Positions 35,975 to 46,224 of a stretch of DNA of 64,000 bases are shown here, piece after piece (positions within the stretch are counted from its first letter, which is position 1; every line of letters begins with the position of its first letter). A program made the position numbers and the translations under genes. Below the pieces are notes generated by a model, which saw nothing but the letters and a program-made list of their open reading frames with translations, ran no database searches and was not told where the DNA came from. The DNA lies in NCBI GenBank assembly GCA_963751515.1, contig CAVVUR010000002.1, positions 69,888-133,887 on the forward strand, written 5' to 3'. The DNA comes from an uncultured delta proteobacterium. Its GTDB lineage: Bacteria > Desulfobacterota > WTBG01.

Positions 35975-37561
35975 ATGCAAAAAAATTACGCTGCGGCAGG
36001 CAAGGATGTGATCTCCTGGAACTCTCTTGTTGACGCCCTGGTGCTGATCACAATTTTTTCCGTGCTGCTGCTTGACTTTAACGGTTACAGATGGCTGATG
36101 CCCATTGACGAGGGGCAATGGCTTTTTTATGCCGATCAACTGTTACAGGGTAAAGTTTTATACCGGGAGATATGGTATCAATTTGGTCCAATGGTGCTCT
36201 TTGGTCTGAAGTGGAGCATGCAGATTCTTGGCAAGACCCTGGCCACGGAGCGAATCTATTTCTGGTTCTTGTCTCTCATCGGTTTAGCGGCGTTGTATCT
36301 CTTTTCAAAGCAACTATTGGAAAGAAGAACAATCAAATTACTCCTTTGCCTCATCGCCTTGCTTAACAGCCTAACCTGCAAATTAATGATGGTCAATCCG
36401 GCTTTTCTTGCAAGGCAGTGTTTCGGCCTGTTGCCATTATATCTGCTGTTTGGCTCAAGCAGCGAAAAGGGGAGATGGAAATATTTTGCAGCCGGGTTTT
36501 TAAGCATGTTTTCAATACTGGTATCCCAGGAGACCGGCACTTTTTCGCTTGTCGCATCATTGACCTTTCTGGCTATGAAGCGATTTGAATCCCGAAGGAA
36601 TGCCCTGTGCTTAAAAGAACTCTCTTGGTTCGCGGCGGCATTTCTTCTCTGCCTGCTGATGTGGATGAGTTATTGCTTACATGAAGGATTTGTGAAGGAC
36701 TACTTTGTGATCAGCTTTGGCGAAATCTTTTCCATGGTGGGGAAATACCAGCATTCCCCGTTGCCTGTGCTTTCATCCCTGATTGAAAATTACCGGAACC
36801 TGGCCGCTTATTACCACATGGCGTTGACATACTTACCAATACTTGTCTCGCTGCTTACCATCACTTATGTGGCGGCCAGCAAAAAGTTGGATGCCAGGCT
36901 CGTTTCGATATCCGTGTACGGCATCTGTTGCTTCGGCATACTTCTGGGGCGATGTGATATTTACCATTCCACATTTGCGGGACTCCCCCTCCTTATTCTC
37001 ATTTCCTACTGGTTTGAAAGGGCCCTTTGCGTCAAAGGACGAACTGCACAATACTCTATGATCAGTGTGATTACGGGTTTCTGCTTATTGCTTCTCACAG
37101 CCAATGCGTCCAATCTCAGTAAGCTTTTTGCAAACTCCCGCATAGTGAAAAAGACGGCATATGCAGAAAAATTGTCCTATTTGGGAAGTGCCATGATTCC
37201 CATGGATCAATACGAAGCCATATGGAGTGCAAAAGGGGTTATCGAACATAATTCGCATGCATCGCAAGAATTTATTATTATACTGAATTCACCATTTTAC
37301 TACTTTTTCATAGATCGCCCCACCAGCACCAGGTTTGCCACACCCCTGTTTGCAAATAATGAAGAAGCAAAGCGGGAAATACTTCAGGAATTGCGTGAGG
37401 GAACATATTACTTTGTTCTCTATGACAATATTCGGTTTCCAGCTGTAGACTATGATTATTACTTTCGGGAAATCTTTGACGTTGTGAGGGCAGGATACAG
37501 CACTTTTTCCAAAACAGGCGATCATACTTTTGTCCTGAAAATCCGAAACCGCTCACGGTAA
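35975..37561 (+). CDS. Polytopic membrane protein of unknown function (low-GC gene)
   Basis: ORF 35843-37561 (first ATG at 35975) with at least 10 hydrophobic helices followed by a soluble C-terminal part. Visibly AT-richer than its surroundings. Function not assignable. Confidence 0.4.
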   Translation: MQKNYAAAGKDVISWNSLVDALVLITIFSVLLLDFNGYRWLMPIDEGQWLFYADQLLQGKVLYREIWYQFGPMVLFGLKWSMQILGKTLATERIYFWFLSLIGLAALYLFSKQLLERRTIKLLLCLIALLNSLTCKLMMVNPAFLARQCFGLLPLYLLFGSSSEKGRWKYFAAGFLSMFSILVSQETGTFSLVASLTFLAMKRFESRRNALCLKELSWFAAAFLLCLLMWMSYCLHEGFVKDYFVISFGEIFSMVGKYQHSPLPVLSSLIENYRNLAAYYHMALTYLPILVSLLTITYVAASKKLDARLVSISVYGICCFGILLGRCDIYHSTFAGLPLLILISYWFERALCVKGRTAQYSMISVITGFCLLLLTANASNLSKLFANSRIVKKTAYAEKLSYLGSAMIPMDQYEAIWSAKGVIEHNSHASQEFIIILNSPFYYFFIDRPTSTRFATPLFANNEEAKREILQELREGTYYFVLYDNIRFPAVDYDYYFREIFDVVRAGYSTFSKTGDHTFVLKIRNRSR

Positions 37562-37855
37562 TCGATCAGCTTCTGCATCAAGGTATTATTGTTCAGCTGT
37601 CAGTGCGGCACACCTTTTCACTGCACCATCTCCACGTATAGCACGTCCTGATTGCCACGACCTATCTGCTTGATTATTCCAGTTCCCTTTTGATTGCATT
37701 GTTTTAGAACCTACGTTCATTCCATTTCCGTCTAGACACTCCCGCCATACACCGGGAGGTTTCTTCTTAAGTTTTTTGAATAATTACCGAATCATTTGAA
37801 GAACACAACCGGCAGTGAGCCCTTTGTTTGCCAATGGTTTCGCACCGAGGAATGT

Positions 37856-39538
37856 ATGAAAGATGAATCCAAGACAAAAGAGCAGCTCGTTCAAGAACTG
37901 CGGGAACTCCGTCACAGGAATGCCACGTTAGAGGGGAGAGAGGCACAGCCGCAGCATGGCGGAGAAGAAGTCAAACAAACAAAAGACCACTTGGACAACA
38001 TCATAGAAAGCTCGCTGGACGGCATCGTTGTGGGGGACAGCACGGGAAACATTGTCAGGGTGAACAGGTCGTTTTTACAAATGATAGGCTACCAGCCTGA
38101 AGAGGTGTATGGAAAACATGTAATGGAGCTTTCGATAACAGAGGAGGGGGTGTACAAATCCACCACCGGGGAAACGGTCACGGTAGATGAGGAATTTTTT
38201 AATGATGCGCGAAAAGCCACCCATGAAAAATTACTCAAGGAAGGAAAAGTAGCCAACTGGGAGACCTATTATCTCCGGAAAGACGGGAAAATTGTTCCCG
38301 TGGAGATGAACCTGACTTTTATCTATAACGAGGAGGAGGAAGTCACCGGGTCGGTCGGCATAGTGAGAGACATCACCGAAAGGAAACGAGGCACTGCCTC
38401 ATTAAAAAAATCGGAACAGAAGTATCATAACCTCATCGAGCTCGCCAGCGCGGGTATTCTTGTTGCGGAAAACGATACCATAACCCAGGTGAATAAGACG
38501 GCTGAAGAAATATACGGCTATGGTAAAGATGAGCTTATCGGCCAGTCCCCCAGCGTTTTGTCTCCCGAGAAATACAAGGAGCATCACAGAAAAATCCTGC
38601 TTGATATTTTAACCTCGGGCAAGGCAGATAAGATGATTTTTGAGGAGGAGGGTTTAAGAAAAGACGGTTCCCTTGTTCCCATCGAAATTTCCTTTACCCT
38701 CGAGGTTGAAAAGGAGAACATGATCATCGCCGTGGTGCGGGACATTTCCGAGCGCCGGAAGGCGGAGGAAGAGCGCAGCCGTCTGCTTGATGAACTGAAG
38801 GACAAGAACAAGGAACTGGAACAGCTGGTGTACATAGCATCCCATGATCTTCGTTCACCGCTGGTGAACGTTCAGGGCTTCAGCAATGAACTGGAGCACG
38901 CCTTCAAGTACGTGCAGTCCATCCTGTTTCACAGCGAAGACGTCTCCGAGCGGGTGAAGGAGACGCTCGCCCCCACCCTGGACGAGGACATCCCCGAGGC
39001 CATTCATTATATTCTTACCAGCATTGCCAAGATGGATTCATTGCTCGCCGGTCTGCTGCGGCTCGCGCGCCTGGGCCGGGCGGCGCTCAACATCAAATCA
39101 CTCAACATGAACAAAATCCTGGGCGACATAACCAAATCCTTTGAATACCAGGCAAAGGAGGCGGGTGTGATCCTCACGGTTGAAACGCTTCCTCCCTGCA
39201 TGGGGGATGAAACACAGATCAACCAGGTCTTTTCCAACCTTATCGACAACGCCTTTAAATATCGCAAGCCCAGCCAGCCGGGCGTCATCGCCATAGGCGG
39301 CGGCAGGGAAAACGGGAACGCGGTTTATTACGTGAAAGACAATGGAATCGGCATCGCCCCCGAACATCAGGACAAGATCTACGAGCTGTTCCATCGCCTT
39401 GATCCCAAAGCCACCCAGGGGGAGGGGCTGGGTCTTGCCATCACCCGCAGAATCCTTGACCGGCACACCGGGAAAATATGGGTCAAATCTGAACAGGGCA
39501 GGGGGAGCACCTTTTTTGTGTCCCTGCCGGCCAATTAG
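37856..39538 (+). CDS. PAS-domain sensor histidine kinase
   Basis: Coiled-coil N-terminus, two PAS-like regions (VRDITERK), H-box ASHDLRSPL and N/G boxes (NLIDNAFKY, DNGIGI, GLGLAI). Confidence 0.8.
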   Translation: MKDESKTKEQLVQELRELRHRNATLEGREAQPQHGGEEVKQTKDHLDNIIESSLDGIVVGDSTGNIVRVNRSFLQMIGYQPEEVYGKHVMELSITEEGVYKSTTGETVTVDEEFFNDARKATHEKLLKEGKVANWETYYLRKDGKIVPVEMNLTFIYNEEEEVTGSVGIVRDITERKRGTASLKKSEQKYHNLIELASAGILVAENDTITQVNKTAEEIYGYGKDELIGQSPSVLSPEKYKEHHRKILLDILTSGKADKMIFEEEGLRKDGSLVPIEISFTLEVEKENMIIAVVRDISERRKAEEERSRLLDELKDKNKELEQLVYIASHDLRSPLVNVQGFSNELEHAFKYVQSILFHSEDVSERVKETLAPTLDEDIPEAIHYILTSIAKMDSLLAGLLRLARLGRAALNIKSLNMNKILGDITKSFEYQAKEAGVILTVETLPPCMGDETQINQVFSNLIDNAFKYRKPSQPGVIAIGGGRENGNAVYYVKDNGIGIAPEHQDKIYELFHRLDPKATQGEGLGLAITRRILDRHTGKIWVKSEQGRGSTFFVSLPAN

Positions 39539-39562
39539 CCATTCTATAAGGAGCATACGCCG

Positions 39563-40003
39563 ATGAATAAAGAAGTGGTCATACTTATCGCCGAGGACGA
39601 TGAGGGGCATGCCGCGCTGATAAAGAAAAACCTGAAGCGCGCGGGAATCTCCAATGAGATTGTGCACTTCAAGGACGGGGTGGAGGCGCTCGACTTCCTG
39701 ATGGGGAGCAACGGCGGCGTGCCGCACCGCAAACCAAACGCCGCCTACATGCTGCTGCTGGACATTCGCATGCCCAAGGTTGACGGAGTTGAAGTGCTGC
39801 GGCAGGTGAAGGGGCACGAACAATTGCGCAAGATGCCGGTGATCATGATAACCACCACCGACGACCCGCGCGAGGTGGAAAATTGCCACACCCTGGGCTG
39901 CAGCAATTACATTACCAAGCCCATTGATTATGAGAAATTTGTTGAATCCATCAGGCAGCTCGGACTCTTTCTGATGGTCGTGGAAGTGCCGCAACTCAAT
40001 TGA
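39563..40003 (+). CDS. Single-domain response regulator (receiver only)
   Basis: 146 aa: ILIAEDDEGH ... LLLDIRMPKVDG ... TKP. Confidence 0.8.
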   Translation: MNKEVVILIAEDDEGHAALIKKNLKRAGISNEIVHFKDGVEALDFLMGSNGGVPHRKPNAAYMLLLDIRMPKVDGVEVLRQVKGHEQLRKMPVIMITTTDDPREVENCHTLGCSNYITKPIDYEKFVESIRQLGLFLMVVEVPQLN

Positions 40004-40013
40004 GAAGCAGGTC

Positions 40014-42383
40014 ATGGAAGAACAGAAGCGCGCTGATGGCACGGCGAAGCATCAGCCAGGTACACGCCGGGTGATTTTTGTGGTGGAGGATGAGGCGGGT
40101 TTGTCGCACCTGCTCCAGAAAAACCTCCGCCGCGAAGGCTATCACACGGAAGGTGCGTCGAGCGGGGAGGCGGCCCTGGCCTTTGTTGCCGCCAACCGCA
40201 ACGCGCTAATGCTGCTGGACTACAGCCTGCCCGACATGTCGGGCAGGCGGGTGGTTGAAATCCTCACCGAGCGGCAGCTCAGCATACCCTTCATCATCAT
40301 GACCGGGCACGCTGACGTGAAAGTGGCCGTGGAAATGATGAAGCTCGGCGCGCGTGACTTCGTGGTGAAGGATGCGGAATTTCTCTCGGTATTGCCCGCC
40401 GTGGTCAAGCGGGTGGTGGAACAGCTGGAGGTAGCGGAGCGGCTGGCAGAGGTCGAATCGAAGCTGCTGAAGTCGGAGGAGCGCTATCACGACCTTATCG
40501 AGTTTGCCAACGCGGGAATTATCGTTGCCGAAGGGGATGTTATAACCGACATCAACAAAAGGGCCGAGGAGCTGTACGGCTATGAAAAGGACGAGCTGAT
40601 CGGCCAATCGCCCCGCCTGCTCACCCCCGAGCAGTACTGGGCGAAACATTACGAAGTGCTCGAAGAGGTGGCGACGTACGGCAGGTCAAAGACCTCAATG
40701 TTTGAGGAAGAAGGGATCAGGAAGGACGGCACGTTTTTTCCGCTCGAGATCTCCTTTTCGCTCACCGGAAAGAAAAACAAAACGGTCATCGGCGTAATCA
40801 GGGACCTTACCGAACGGAAGAAGCGGGAGAACGAAATCAGGGAGGCCAAGGAATTCCTGGAAAATCTCTTCCAAACCTCAACCGACGCGATCATGGTTAC
40901 CGACGCCGGGGGATACATCACCATGGTCAATGGCGCCATGGAAGGGATGGTGGGGTATGGGCGGGAGGAGCTGCTCGGAATGCATACCGGCCGGTTTACT
41001 CCCCGGGATGAGGGCGTCAAATCCCAGGCGCTTAAAATTATGGAACGGCTTTTCAACGAGGGGAAGGTCTACGGGCAGGAATCGCTCTGGCTGAAAAAAG
41101 ACGGGCAGCAGATATTTGTCGAGTTTAACCTCTCCCTTCTCAAAGAAAAAGACGGCACCATTGTGGGAGGGGTTAATTTCATCCGGGATGTCACGGAAAA
41201 AAAGAAGATGGAGCAGCAGCTTCTCCAGTCGGAAAAGCTTAAATCACTGGGCGAGCTGGCGGGAGGGGTCGCGCACGACTTCAATAATATTCTCGCCGCC
41301 ATTCTGGGACGGGTGCAGTTATTGCGAAAGCAGCTTGCCCCACCCATGGGGAAGACGGAAAAAAGGGGCTCGGCGATTGATCTGGAGAAAGGCCTGGAAA
41401 TTATTGAGCGGGCTTCACTGGATGGCGCGGAGACAGTCAGGCGAATCCAGGAGTTCTGCAGACGGAGAGGCGATCAAAAGGATTTTGTGCAGGTTGATCT
41501 CAATGAACTGATAGAAAACGCTCTGGAATTTACCAAGGTCAAATGGGCGGACGAGGTCCAGTCCAGGGGGATAAAAATCGAGATCAGCAAAGCGCTTTCC
41601 AGCCTTCCCCCCATCATGGGAAGCGCCTCGGAGCTCAGGGAGGTGTTTACCAATCTGATAAACAACGCCGTTGATGCCCTGCCCCGGGGCGGTGAAATAA
41701 GGGTCCAATCCTGCATGAATACTGAGTGGGCGGTAATCACCATTGAGGATACCGGGGGCGGTATTCCCCTCAGCATAAAAGACAGAATTTTTGACCCTTT
41801 CTTTACCACCAAAGGTCCTCAATCCACCGGGCTGGGATTGAGCGTGTCCTACGGAATCATCAACCGGCATCATGGCACCATTACCGCTGAAAGTATGGAG
41901 GGTAAAGGAACTGCCTTTACCCTCAAGCTGCCGCTCACCGGGACAGCAGATACAAAAGAAGATCACCGGGAAAAAGTTATACCCATGCAGGGCAAACATA
42001 AAAAAGCCAGGATTCTGGTGATCGATGATGAGGCGGATGTGCGCGAGCTGCTGCGTGACATTCTCAGCGATGCCGGCCATGATGTGGAAATGGCCCATAA
42101 TGGCTGCGAAGGCATAGAGATGTTTGAAAAGCAACCCTATGACCTTGTCCTTACCGACCTTGGTATGCCGGTGATGTCCGGCTGGGAGGTGGCGGGGAAG
42201 ATCAGGCAGATGAACAAATGCGTTCCCATTGCCCTCGTCACCGGGTGGAATGTGGTGCTGGATGATGCAGCCTTGCACAGCAGCGGCGTAAACCTTGTCG
42301 TTCACAAGCCGTTCCAGGTGGACCAGGTTCTTAATCTGGTCAAGGAAGGGGTAATTGTAAAGGACCGGCCCATGGCCGTCTGA
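40014..42383 (+). CDS. Hybrid sensor kinase: REC - 2-3 PAS - HisKA/HATPase - REC
   Basis: N-terminal receiver (VVEDE..LLDYSLPDMSG), PAS regions, GGVAHDFNN H-box, HATPase boxes and a C-terminal receiver (ILVIDDE..VLTDLGMPVMSG). Confidence 0.8.
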   Translation: MEEQKRADGTAKHQPGTRRVIFVVEDEAGLSHLLQKNLRREGYHTEGASSGEAALAFVAANRNALMLLDYSLPDMSGRRVVEILTERQLSIPFIIMTGHADVKVAVEMMKLGARDFVVKDAEFLSVLPAVVKRVVEQLEVAERLAEVESKLLKSEERYHDLIEFANAGIIVAEGDVITDINKRAEELYGYEKDELIGQSPRLLTPEQYWAKHYEVLEEVATYGRSKTSMFEEEGIRKDGTFFPLEISFSLTGKKNKTVIGVIRDLTERKKRENEIREAKEFLENLFQTSTDAIMVTDAGGYITMVNGAMEGMVGYGREELLGMHTGRFTPRDEGVKSQALKIMERLFNEGKVYGQESLWLKKDGQQIFVEFNLSLLKEKDGTIVGGVNFIRDVTEKKKMEQQLLQSEKLKSLGELAGGVAHDFNNILAAILGRVQLLRKQLAPPMGKTEKRGSAIDLEKGLEIIERASLDGAETVRRIQEFCRRRGDQKDFVQVDLNELIENALEFTKVKWADEVQSRGIKIEISKALSSLPPIMGSASELREVFTNLINNAVDALPRGGEIRVQSCMNTEWAVITIEDTGGGIPLSIKDRIFDPFFTTKGPQSTGLGLSVSYGIINRHHGTITAESMEGKGTAFTLKLPLTGTADTKEDHREKVIPMQGKHKKARILVIDDEADVRELLRDILSDAGHDVEMAHNGCEGIEMFEKQPYDLVLTDLGMPVMSGWEVAGKIRQMNKCVPIALVTGWNVVLDDAALHSSGVNLVVHKPFQVDQVLNLVKEGVIVKDRPMAV

Positions 42384-42443
42384 GCGCCGCCGGAAGAATA
42401 AGCCGCCGCATGTGAAGAGAATCAATTCATAGCTATGGCTGCT

Positions 42444-42477
42444 AAAAAAAGACAGGGTCACGTCCCTGTCTTTTTTT
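42444..42477. terminator. Bidirectional Rho-independent terminator between convergent genes
   Basis: A-run, stem AGACAGGG / CCCTGTCT with a 6-nt loop, then a T-run. Confidence 0.8.
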
Positions 42478-42510
42478 GGTAATGCTGCCGGTATGTCTAT
42501 AATGCAATGG

Positions 42511-43458
42511 TTAATAAATCTGGCCCGATAAGCAATAATCACAGCAGTTCATCTTATCCAGGGCCATGTCAATAATCACCAGAAGATCATATATGTCAAT
42601 GTTGCCGTTACGCTCACAGTTGGCAGCGCCGGGAGGATTTCCGCAGTAAGGCGGCATGCCGTTTGGAACGTCCCCATTATTACGCTGACATGCGGTAGGC
42701 GCCTGCAGACCCAGGACGATATCCACCATCTCCAAAATATCAAACAGATTGACGTCACCGTCGCCACAGGGAGCGCATCCCGGATCGAGACAGTCCTGCG
42801 GAAAGATATCGCCGCATACATTAAAGCACACCTCACCGGTATCCGTGCAGGCACACAGGGCTTCGTTGTACTGATCGGCTACCTGCACGTTCGTTGCCTT
42901 AAGGCATACGCAGTCAGGGCATGCTTCCGGATTTATCTGGTCATAAATCACCGTCGCTATCGGCCCCTCGCCCGGTGCGATCAGCCCGGCCGGCGAATAG
43001 AGCACCACCCTGCAGATGCCGTCAGGCTGTTCAGCTGCGATGCAGGTGAACCCCAAGGCCCGGTCCGGATCAGGGAAGCACCCGGTACAGGCAAGGTTGT
43101 CCTCCCCGTCCTGGCATTCGCCGATCTGAAAATCAAGCGCCTTTACCATGTGATCATTGTTGGTGAGACTTATGGCTGCCTCCAGGGAATCCGTATCAGG
43201 AGAAACAGTTGTTTCTCCTATGTCGAGGATGACCTTTCCGATCTGTATTGCAACCGCATCACGGCCACCATTCAATGGGTCAGTAGCGGTTACCGTACAT
43301 TCAACTACTTCTGCTATGTAGTTGCAGGTATCGCCAACGGTCAGCCGGGCACTGCAGTCACCGGTAGAAACGATAGTTGCCGCATCCGGCTTGGTGCACT
43401 TCACCGTCCATACAGGATAGGATATGCCCTCACAATCAGTACAAGTGTAGAAATCCAC
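42511..43458 (-). CDS. Cohesin-like + atypical dockerin-like Cys-rich protein segment; no signal peptide of its own, and probably the C-terminal part of one gene with 43579-44409
   Basis: Module SLEAAISLTNNDHMVKALDFQIGECQD...; C-terminus GDGDVNLFDILEMVDIVLG ... GDVPNGMPPYCG ... NGNIDIYDLLVIIDMAL. The same frame stays open upstream as far as the TGA at 43579-43581. Confidence 0.6.
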   Translation of the reverse strand: MDFYTCTDCEGISYPVWTVKCTKPDAATIVSTGDCSARLTVGDTCNYIAEVVECTVTATDPLNGGRDAVAIQIGKVILDIGETTVSPDTDSLEAAISLTNNDHMVKALDFQIGECQDGEDNLACTGCFPDPDRALGFTCIAAEQPDGICRVVLYSPAGLIAPGEGPIATVIYDQINPEACPDCVCLKATNVQVADQYNEALCACTDTGEVCFNVCGDIFPQDCLDPGCAPCGDGDVNLFDILEMVDIVLGLQAPTACQRNNGDVPNGMPPYCGNPPGAANCERNGNIDIYDLLVIIDMALDKMNCCDYCLSGQIY

Positions 43459-43546
43459 TATTTCACCGCAGGTCAGGGCGAGACCCCGTCTCCCCGGCCG
43501 GTTGTAAGGTGGGTCATCCAGGGGTGGTGGATCCTCGCAGCCATGT

Positions 43547-43565
43547 TCTACCCCTCCGAGGTAGA
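43547..43565 (-). promoter_or_regulatory. Hairpin 13 nt downstream of the in-frame UGA (SECIS-like candidate)
   Basis: Minus-strand RNA is UGA-N13-UCUACCUC-GGA-GGGGUAGA: an 8-bp stem (one G.U pair) with a G-rich triloop. Confidence 0.3.
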
Positions 43566-43578
43566 TCTCAATATCACA

Positions 43579-44409
43579 TCACGTGCATCCCTTAATTTCG
43601 ACCAGGGCACAGCACTGGGCCGGTTCGCCGGCATCACCCGTGTTAGCGGTATCGGTGGCACACACCGTGCAGGTCTCACCAATGAAGGTTTCCGGTACGC
43701 TCAAGAGACCCGTAACCGGATTGATGGTTGCTAAAGCACAATCTTCGGTCCAGACATAGGCCGGCGGGTTGTCACAGTAATTATTCGAGGGAGCGGCATT
43801 AAAATCCTGGGTGACCGTCGACCCGGTAACTGGCTGCACGACAGCCGTAGCCGGCGTTACCGCACATTCACAGGGCGGGATGAACTGGTTAACTGCCACC
43901 ACGGCATCGGTCGGGAAAATGCTGGCCAGATTGCAGTCCGCGATGAATCCGTCGTTGTAAGGACCGCCGATGTCGTTAGCCATAACGAGATTGAAATCCG
44001 TATCGTTATCACAGGTCAGTGTCGCGCTACCCATCTTGTACTTGTTGCCGGTAACCGTGATGAAGGTAAAGTTACTGCAGATCAGTGAAAGCACGCCCGG
44101 TTCCGGAGAGGTACATCCGCTCAGGCTGCCGTCGCACTGCGCTGCCGTGTTGGGAGAACAAGCGCTGATGGTAGCAGCTGTGTAGTCATAACTAATGTAA
44201 GGCGACACACCAAACAATTTATCATTAGGCGCACAGGAGTATGCTTCAATGTAAAAACCAAGGGTGACGGAGTCGCCAACCTCAATTGAAAGGGCGCTAT
44301 CACCGGTCCCATTTCCGTTCACGTCGACCGCATAGTTTACCGCCGATGCCGGACTGATCATGAGACCGACCATCAACAGCATACCGCAAAAAATTGAGAA
44401 CGGTTTCAT
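43579..44409 (-). CDS. Secreted Cys-rich protein, N-terminal 'YxCxPxDxLFG' domain + Ig-like region; ends at a UGA that is in frame with the next ORF
   Basis: Signal peptide MKPFSIFCGMLLMVGLMISPASA; paralogous to the N-termini of 28840 and 31911. Confidence 0.6.
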   Translation of the reverse strand: MKPFSIFCGMLLMVGLMISPASAVNYAVDVNGNGTGDSALSIEVGDSVTLGFYIEAYSCAPNDKLFGVSPYISYDYTAATISACSPNTAAQCDGSLSGCTSPEPGVLSLICSNFTFITVTGNKYKMGSATLTCDNDTDFNLVMANDIGGPYNDGFIADCNLASIFPTDAVVAVNQFIPPCECAVTPATAVVQPVTGSTVTQDFNAAPSNNYCDNPPAYVWTEDCALATINPVTGLLSVPETFIGETCTVCATDTANTGDAGEPAQCCALVEIKGCT

Positions 44410-44452
44410 TGCTTCAACTCATTACATAGCGGATAATATTTAATCGTATTGT

Positions 44453-44480
44453 ATTATATCAATATAATCAATAAAGTCAA
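44453..44480 (-). promoter_or_regulatory. Candidate sigma70-type promoter for the 44409 gene
   Basis: On the minus strand: TTGACT, 16-nt spacer, TATAAT, ~40 nt upstream of the ATG in an AT-rich gap. Confidence 0.5.
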
Positions 44481-44528
44481 TATATTTTCTTGCCGTTGTG
44501 CGAGGGCACATTTTTTTGGGAACCGTAC

Positions 44529-46201
44529 CTAATGCACCACCGGCAGCAGCACGTGCGAGGGATAGGTGCTGTTATAGTAGATGGTGTTGGCGGCGGTTAT
44601 CATGTTCTCCTTGTCAAAGGTATCCCCCCCGGTGTTGGGATTGACGTCAAACCGGGGGTTGTTGCTGCTGGATACGGCAAGGCGGAGGCGGTGGCCGGTG
44701 TTGACGATGATGCTGGTGGCCCAGAGATCAATCTCAAACCGGTACACGGTCCCCGGCGTCATAAGCTCGGGGGTGGTGAAGGTGTTGCGATAGCGGGCTC
44801 GAATAATGCCGTCGGCTATGAGCATGGATTGACCTTCAGGGTAGACGTCAGTGAGCTTGGCGGTAAAATCGGTGTCAAGGGCATCGGATGAAGCATATAA
44901 AATAACTTTCAGGTCACCGGTCACTTCCAGCGGCGCCTCAAGGATCGCGGTTGAAAAGACCACCACATCCGGGCGGCCTTCAAGATCCGACTGGTCATAA
45001 GGTCCTGCTGCTATGGTGAGATCGAGATTTGTGCCGCCCCTCGAAGGAACGGGATCTTCGGGGTCGAAGCGATAGGAGGAAGAAAAAGCTCCCCCGGCGG
45101 CCGCATCGGGCGAGAGGACACCCTCCGGGTGCAGGTAGTAGGCGGTCGGGGGCACCTCAAACGGCGGCCAGGTTGGCGCGTACCTCCACTCGTGGCCCGG
45201 CGCCTCATAATCCCGGGCATCTCCCATGACGTAGTAGTAAACGGGATCCGTTTCCATAATGCCTGTATCTTCACCTTTGAGCCAGTAGTCAATCCAACTT
45301 TCGAACAACTCATTCTGATCGAGGACCGAGCTCGGCGGGAAGGTAATCTCTCCCTGCTCCCTTGAACTGTATCCTGAATGGGTCCAGGGGCCGATGACAA
45401 GCCTCTGGTTTCCTCGTGCGCCCCGGCCCCCTCATCTTGACGGGTGAGAAATCCATTGATGGCCCCCTTCAGTGCCATGTCGTACCAGCCTCCCACGTGC
45501 AGCGCCGGCGCCCTGACCACGTTTGCCCTGATTTCAACGTTTCCCAAATCCCAGAAGGAGTCGTAGGAGGGGTGCATTTTATAGGTTTCGAGAAAAAAGC
45601 TTGCCCCCTGCCGGTCCAACCAGCCGGTAACCTGGGCCTGGTTAAAGGCGCCGCCCTGAAAAACAATCTGCGAGTAATTGTCTGTGGGCGTAAAGCGGAT
45701 GAACTGACAGGCAAGGCCGGGCGGCGCTGTTCCCGCCATCAGATGCTGGGTAATGCCTTCAGCGGACTGACCGGCGGTTCCTATCTTCCCGTTGCACCAG
45801 GTCTGTCTGCGTATCCAGGCCACCGTATCGTATCCGTCCTGGTTGTCTCCCCAGCCATCGTCCAGGAAAGGCCGGTACTCACCCTCGGAGTCAAAGCGTC
45901 CCCGCACATCCTGTATGACAATGGCGTACTCGTCAGCGAACCTGAACAGCGACTCGCTTTCCTCCCTGCCGTAGGGTGTCCTGATCAGGAGCACCGGCCA
46001 GGCGCCCCTGCCGTTGGGCGGCAGGTATACATCAGTGGCCAGCTTGACCTTGTCTCTCATGGGAACCATGTAGGTTTCGCTGACCGAACAGCCGGACAGC
46101 ACAAGGCCGAGCGCAAGAACCAGCAGGGGCACAAAGCAGTTCAGAAACGTCCATGTTTTTGGCAGATAGGAAGATCCGAATGTGTCAGTAGTGTTTCGCA
46201 T
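44529..46201 (-). pseudogene. CocE/NonD-family (X-Pro dipeptidyl-peptidase S15-like) hydrolase, lipoprotein signal, one frameshift (~45420)
   Basis: LVLSGC lipobox and LLIRTPYGRE. The two ORFs 45011-46201 and 44529-45308 join as ...RGNQRLVIGPWTHSG... in the second frame. Confidence 0.65.
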
Positions 46202-46224
46202 ATGTCCTCTGTATCTGTGAAAGG

